Source of the DNA: Octopus sinensis
Taxonomy: Eukaryota
DNA: 11,653 bases
NCBI RefSeq assembly: GCF_006345805.1
Contig: NW_021826879.1
Coordinates: 1 to 11,653 of the forward strand
Reading direction: 5' to 3'
Shown here piece after piece: positions 9,357-11,653 of this stretch; position 1 is the stretch's first letter, and each line of letters begins with the position of its first letter. The position numbers were made by a program, and so were the translations under genes. The notes beneath the pieces are model-generated. The model searched no databases and was not told the DNA's origin. It worked only from the letters and a program-made list of their open reading frames with translations.

Positions 9357-9695
9357 GGAGGCGCAATGGCCCAATGGTTAGGGCAGCGGAGTCCCGGTCG
9401 GAGGATCGCGGTTTCGATTCCCAGACCGGGCGTTGTGTGTGTTTATTGAGAGAAAGTACCTGAAGCTCCACGAGGCTCCGGCAGGGGATGGTGGCGACCC
9501 CTGTTGTACTCTTTTGCTCCAACTTTCTCTCACTCTTTCTTCCTGTTTCTTATCCCCCGACTTCCTACGCAACCGCTGAGCCTGAATGCGCATTCATCCA
9601 TCCGTCGATGCTCTCTTTCCTGCGGGTCTTACGAATAGCAAAGGACCACGTTTCGGACTTCTCCCACTGGGACGAAGACCGCTTCGCTCAAACAA
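9357..9695 (+). mobile_element. tRNA(Arg)-like SINE, family C head plus its own 3' module
   Basis: ggaggcgcaatggcccaatggttagggcagcgga..ggatcgcggtttcgattcccagaccgggcg contains an A-box (tggcccaatgg) and a B-box (gtttcgattcc). A possible TSD, acagcaacggcag (9345-9357) / acagcaacagcag (9696-9708), lies in low-complexity sequence. Confidence 0.88.
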
Positions 9696-9741
9696 ACAGC
9701 AACAGCAGTGGCTGCAACGACAATAGCAACAATACTACTAC

Positions 9742-10110
9742 GGCACTCCGTCGGTTACGACGAGGAGGGTTCCAGTTCATCCGATCAACGCAAAAGCCTG
9801 CTCGCGAAATTAACGTGCATGTGGCTGAGGACTCCATAGACACGTGTACCCTTCACGTATTTCTCGGCGAGATTCTGTGTGGCACAGAGTGTGACAAGGC
9901 TGGCCCCTTTGAAATACAGGTACAACAAAAACAGGAAGAAAGTGCGAGGGAAAGCGTACAACAATGTTCGCCACCATCCCCTGCCGGAGCCTCGTGGGGC
10001 TTTAGGAGTTTTCGCTCAATAAACACTCGCAACGCCCGGTCTGGGAACCGAAACCGCGACCCTACGACCATGAGTCCGCTGTCCTAACCACTGGGCCATT
10101 GCGCCTCCAC
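9742..10110 (-). mobile_element. tRNA(Arg)-like SINE, family C head plus module T tail
   Basis: The reverse complement from 10108 matches 9357 onward at 134/153 positions by hand count. Homology stops at 9929/9548. A different tail follows: tgtacctgtatttcaaaggggccagccttgtcacac..ctcagccacatgcacgttaatttc..cgtaaccgacggagtgc. Confidence 0.9.
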
Positions 10111-10166
10111 ATGAAGCAACAATAGACTTAGCAACAACAGCGATAGCAATGCTAACATCGGTAAGG

Positions 10167-10190
10167 ATAATAATAATAATAATAATAATA

Positions 10191-10226
<36 letters not shown>

Positions 10227-10249
10227 TAATAATAATAATAATAATAATG

Positions 10250-10345
<96 letters not shown>

Positions 10346-10362
10346 AAGAAGAAGAAGAAGAA
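10167..10362. repeat. (TAA)n followed by (GAA)n microsatellite
   Basis: Directly visible, with the switch at ~10317. Confidence 0.97.
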
Positions 10363-10411
10363 TATGATAGCAACAATAACAGTAAAAATAGTGGCCGACA
10401 CTAGGAACAGA

Positions 10412-10683
10412 TCCTCCGTCGATTTCGACGATGAGCAATCATTTCCTCGATCAGTTAACCGACCTACACTTTGGTTCACGGCACGTAGTGGCCGTATATT
10501 CTACAAACACGGGCCCCCTTTGACATAAATCATAAGGAGGATCAATGAGACGTAGTCTGCGACAAAAGTGTTTACAGTTTCTTTTTTCGCAAGGTCCCAG
10601 TCAACCTTGAATCAAGCAGTGGGTTGAAATCGAAAACCTGACCGCGTGTTTCCGAAATGAACTTTTTAAACATTCGGCCATGA
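10412..10683 (-). mobile_element. Old, highly diverged SINE (family A-like head plus module T tail)
   Basis: ctccgtcgatttcgacgatgag..cgatca..gtggccg..acacg..ccctt..gcgacaa parallels 9746-9898. The minus-strand head catggccgaatgtttaaaaagttc..ttcaacccactgc..gaaactg parallels family A. Confidence 0.6.
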
Positions 10684-10765
10684 TGATGCATTGACAATAA
10701 TTGTTTCTCATTCAGTTCTTACACTCTGTTTCTCTAAAGGCCGCCGTTCAGAGCAATCGCTCTAA

Positions 10766-10830
10766 CCATCATCGTCGTCATCATCATCATCATCACCATT
10801 TTCCTCATCATCACCTTCATTATCATCATC

Positions 10831-10861
<31 letters not shown>

Positions 10862-10950
10862 TCATCGTCATCATCATCATCATCACCATCATTACCATCA
10901 TCATCATCATCATCGTCATCGTCATCATCATCATCATCATCATCATCATG
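10766..10950. repeat. (CAT)n microsatellite
   Basis: Directly visible. Confidence 0.97.
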
Positions 10951-11047
10951 ATTCATTACGACAACAATGACAACGACCGCCACCACTGATACCACAACTA
11001 TCATTTTTGCTACTTCCGTCACCATAACAACGTCATCAACAACAGCA

Positions 11048-11054
11048 ACTACTG

Positions 11055-11092
<38 letters not shown>
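11048..11092. repeat. (CTA)n microsatellite
   Basis: Directly visible. Confidence 0.95.
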
Positions 11093-11094
<2 letters not shown>

Positions 11095-11189
11095 AAGGTC
11101 TGAATAACAACAATAATTATAGATATTTTTATTTAAGCCTGATCACGAACAATAATGATGGCATTTCGATTGTACGTGGATTCATAATT

Positions 11190-11260
11190 ACCACTGCCAC
11201 CACCACCACCTCCTCTACCACCACCACCACCTCCTCTACCACCACCACCACCACCACCAC
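11190..11260. repeat. (CCA)n with a duplicated 21-bp unit containing tcctct
   Basis: accaccacc-tcctct occurs twice, 21 bp apart. Confidence 0.9.
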
Positions 11261-11387
11261 GATGACTAAAACATCAACACAGAGAATCACAAAAACAACG
11301 GCTACAACTTCCTGCTGTTTATTATTTACAATGGCAAAAGACGCCAGCGCCACCTACCAACACCGCCACCGCTACCATAAGCGAAAC

Positions 11388-11592
11388 CATTATCATCATC
11401 ATCATCATCAGCATCATCAACAGCATCATCTTCATCAACATCGTCAACATCATCATAATCATCATCAGCGTCATCATCATCATCGTCATCGTCATCATCA
11501 TCAGCCTCATTATCATTATCATATCCATCCTCCTCGTCGTCGTCGTCGTCCTCGCAGCAGCAGCTGCAGTAGTGGTAGTAGTAGTAGTAGTG

Positions 11593-11636
<44 letters not shown>
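11388..11636. repeat. Compound (CAT)n-(CGT)n-(GCA)n-(GTA)n microsatellite
   Basis: Directly visible. Confidence 0.95.
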
Positions 11637-11653
11637 TAAAAATAAGGTTCCTT

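Noticed and set aside
8166-9374. 402-aa poly-Ile ORF (-) and 211-aa poly-Met ORF (+)
   Set aside because: They are open only because (ATG)n/(CAT)n lacks stops in these frames, and there is no domain content.
9357-9432. tRNA-like sequence with A and B boxes (also at 10108-10033, 6924-6850, 5504-5595 and 2243-2158)
   Set aside because: These have no consistent cloverleaf and are followed by SINE bodies, so they are SINE heads rather than tRNA genes.
9488-10087. 199-aa ORF
   Set aside because: It spans two oppositely oriented SINEs and a microsatellite spacer, so it is a chance open frame.
10701-11639. Poly-His, poly-Asp and poly-Ser ORFs
   Set aside because: They are translations of (CAT)n and (GTA)n microsatellites.

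Overview
Non-genic eukaryotic DNA dense in repeats, most likely intronic or intergenic sequence from an octopus or other coleoid cephalopod. That assignment is inferred from the SINE families and the extreme microsatellite load. No intact protein-coding gene is supported, and nearly all ORFs in the track are microsatellite or transposon artefacts. The window holds a decayed LINE ORF1 with a dead zinc knuckle (minus, ~1-700) and two 5'-truncated RTE-clade LINE 3' ends placed back-to-back (~750-1330 minus, ~1350-1960 plus). It also holds a Tc1/mariner transposase remnant (~7290-7874), at least eight tRNA-derived SINE copies built from interchangeable head and tail modules, and many simple repeats. 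The standout structure is a 246-bp near-perfect palindrome (5936-6181) whose 111-bp arms match at 110/111 positions. It is made from an old, heavily diverged SINE, is centred on that SINE's own micro-palindrome, and its single mismatch is A:C. A second fold-back is formed by a convergent SINE pair (9357-10108).
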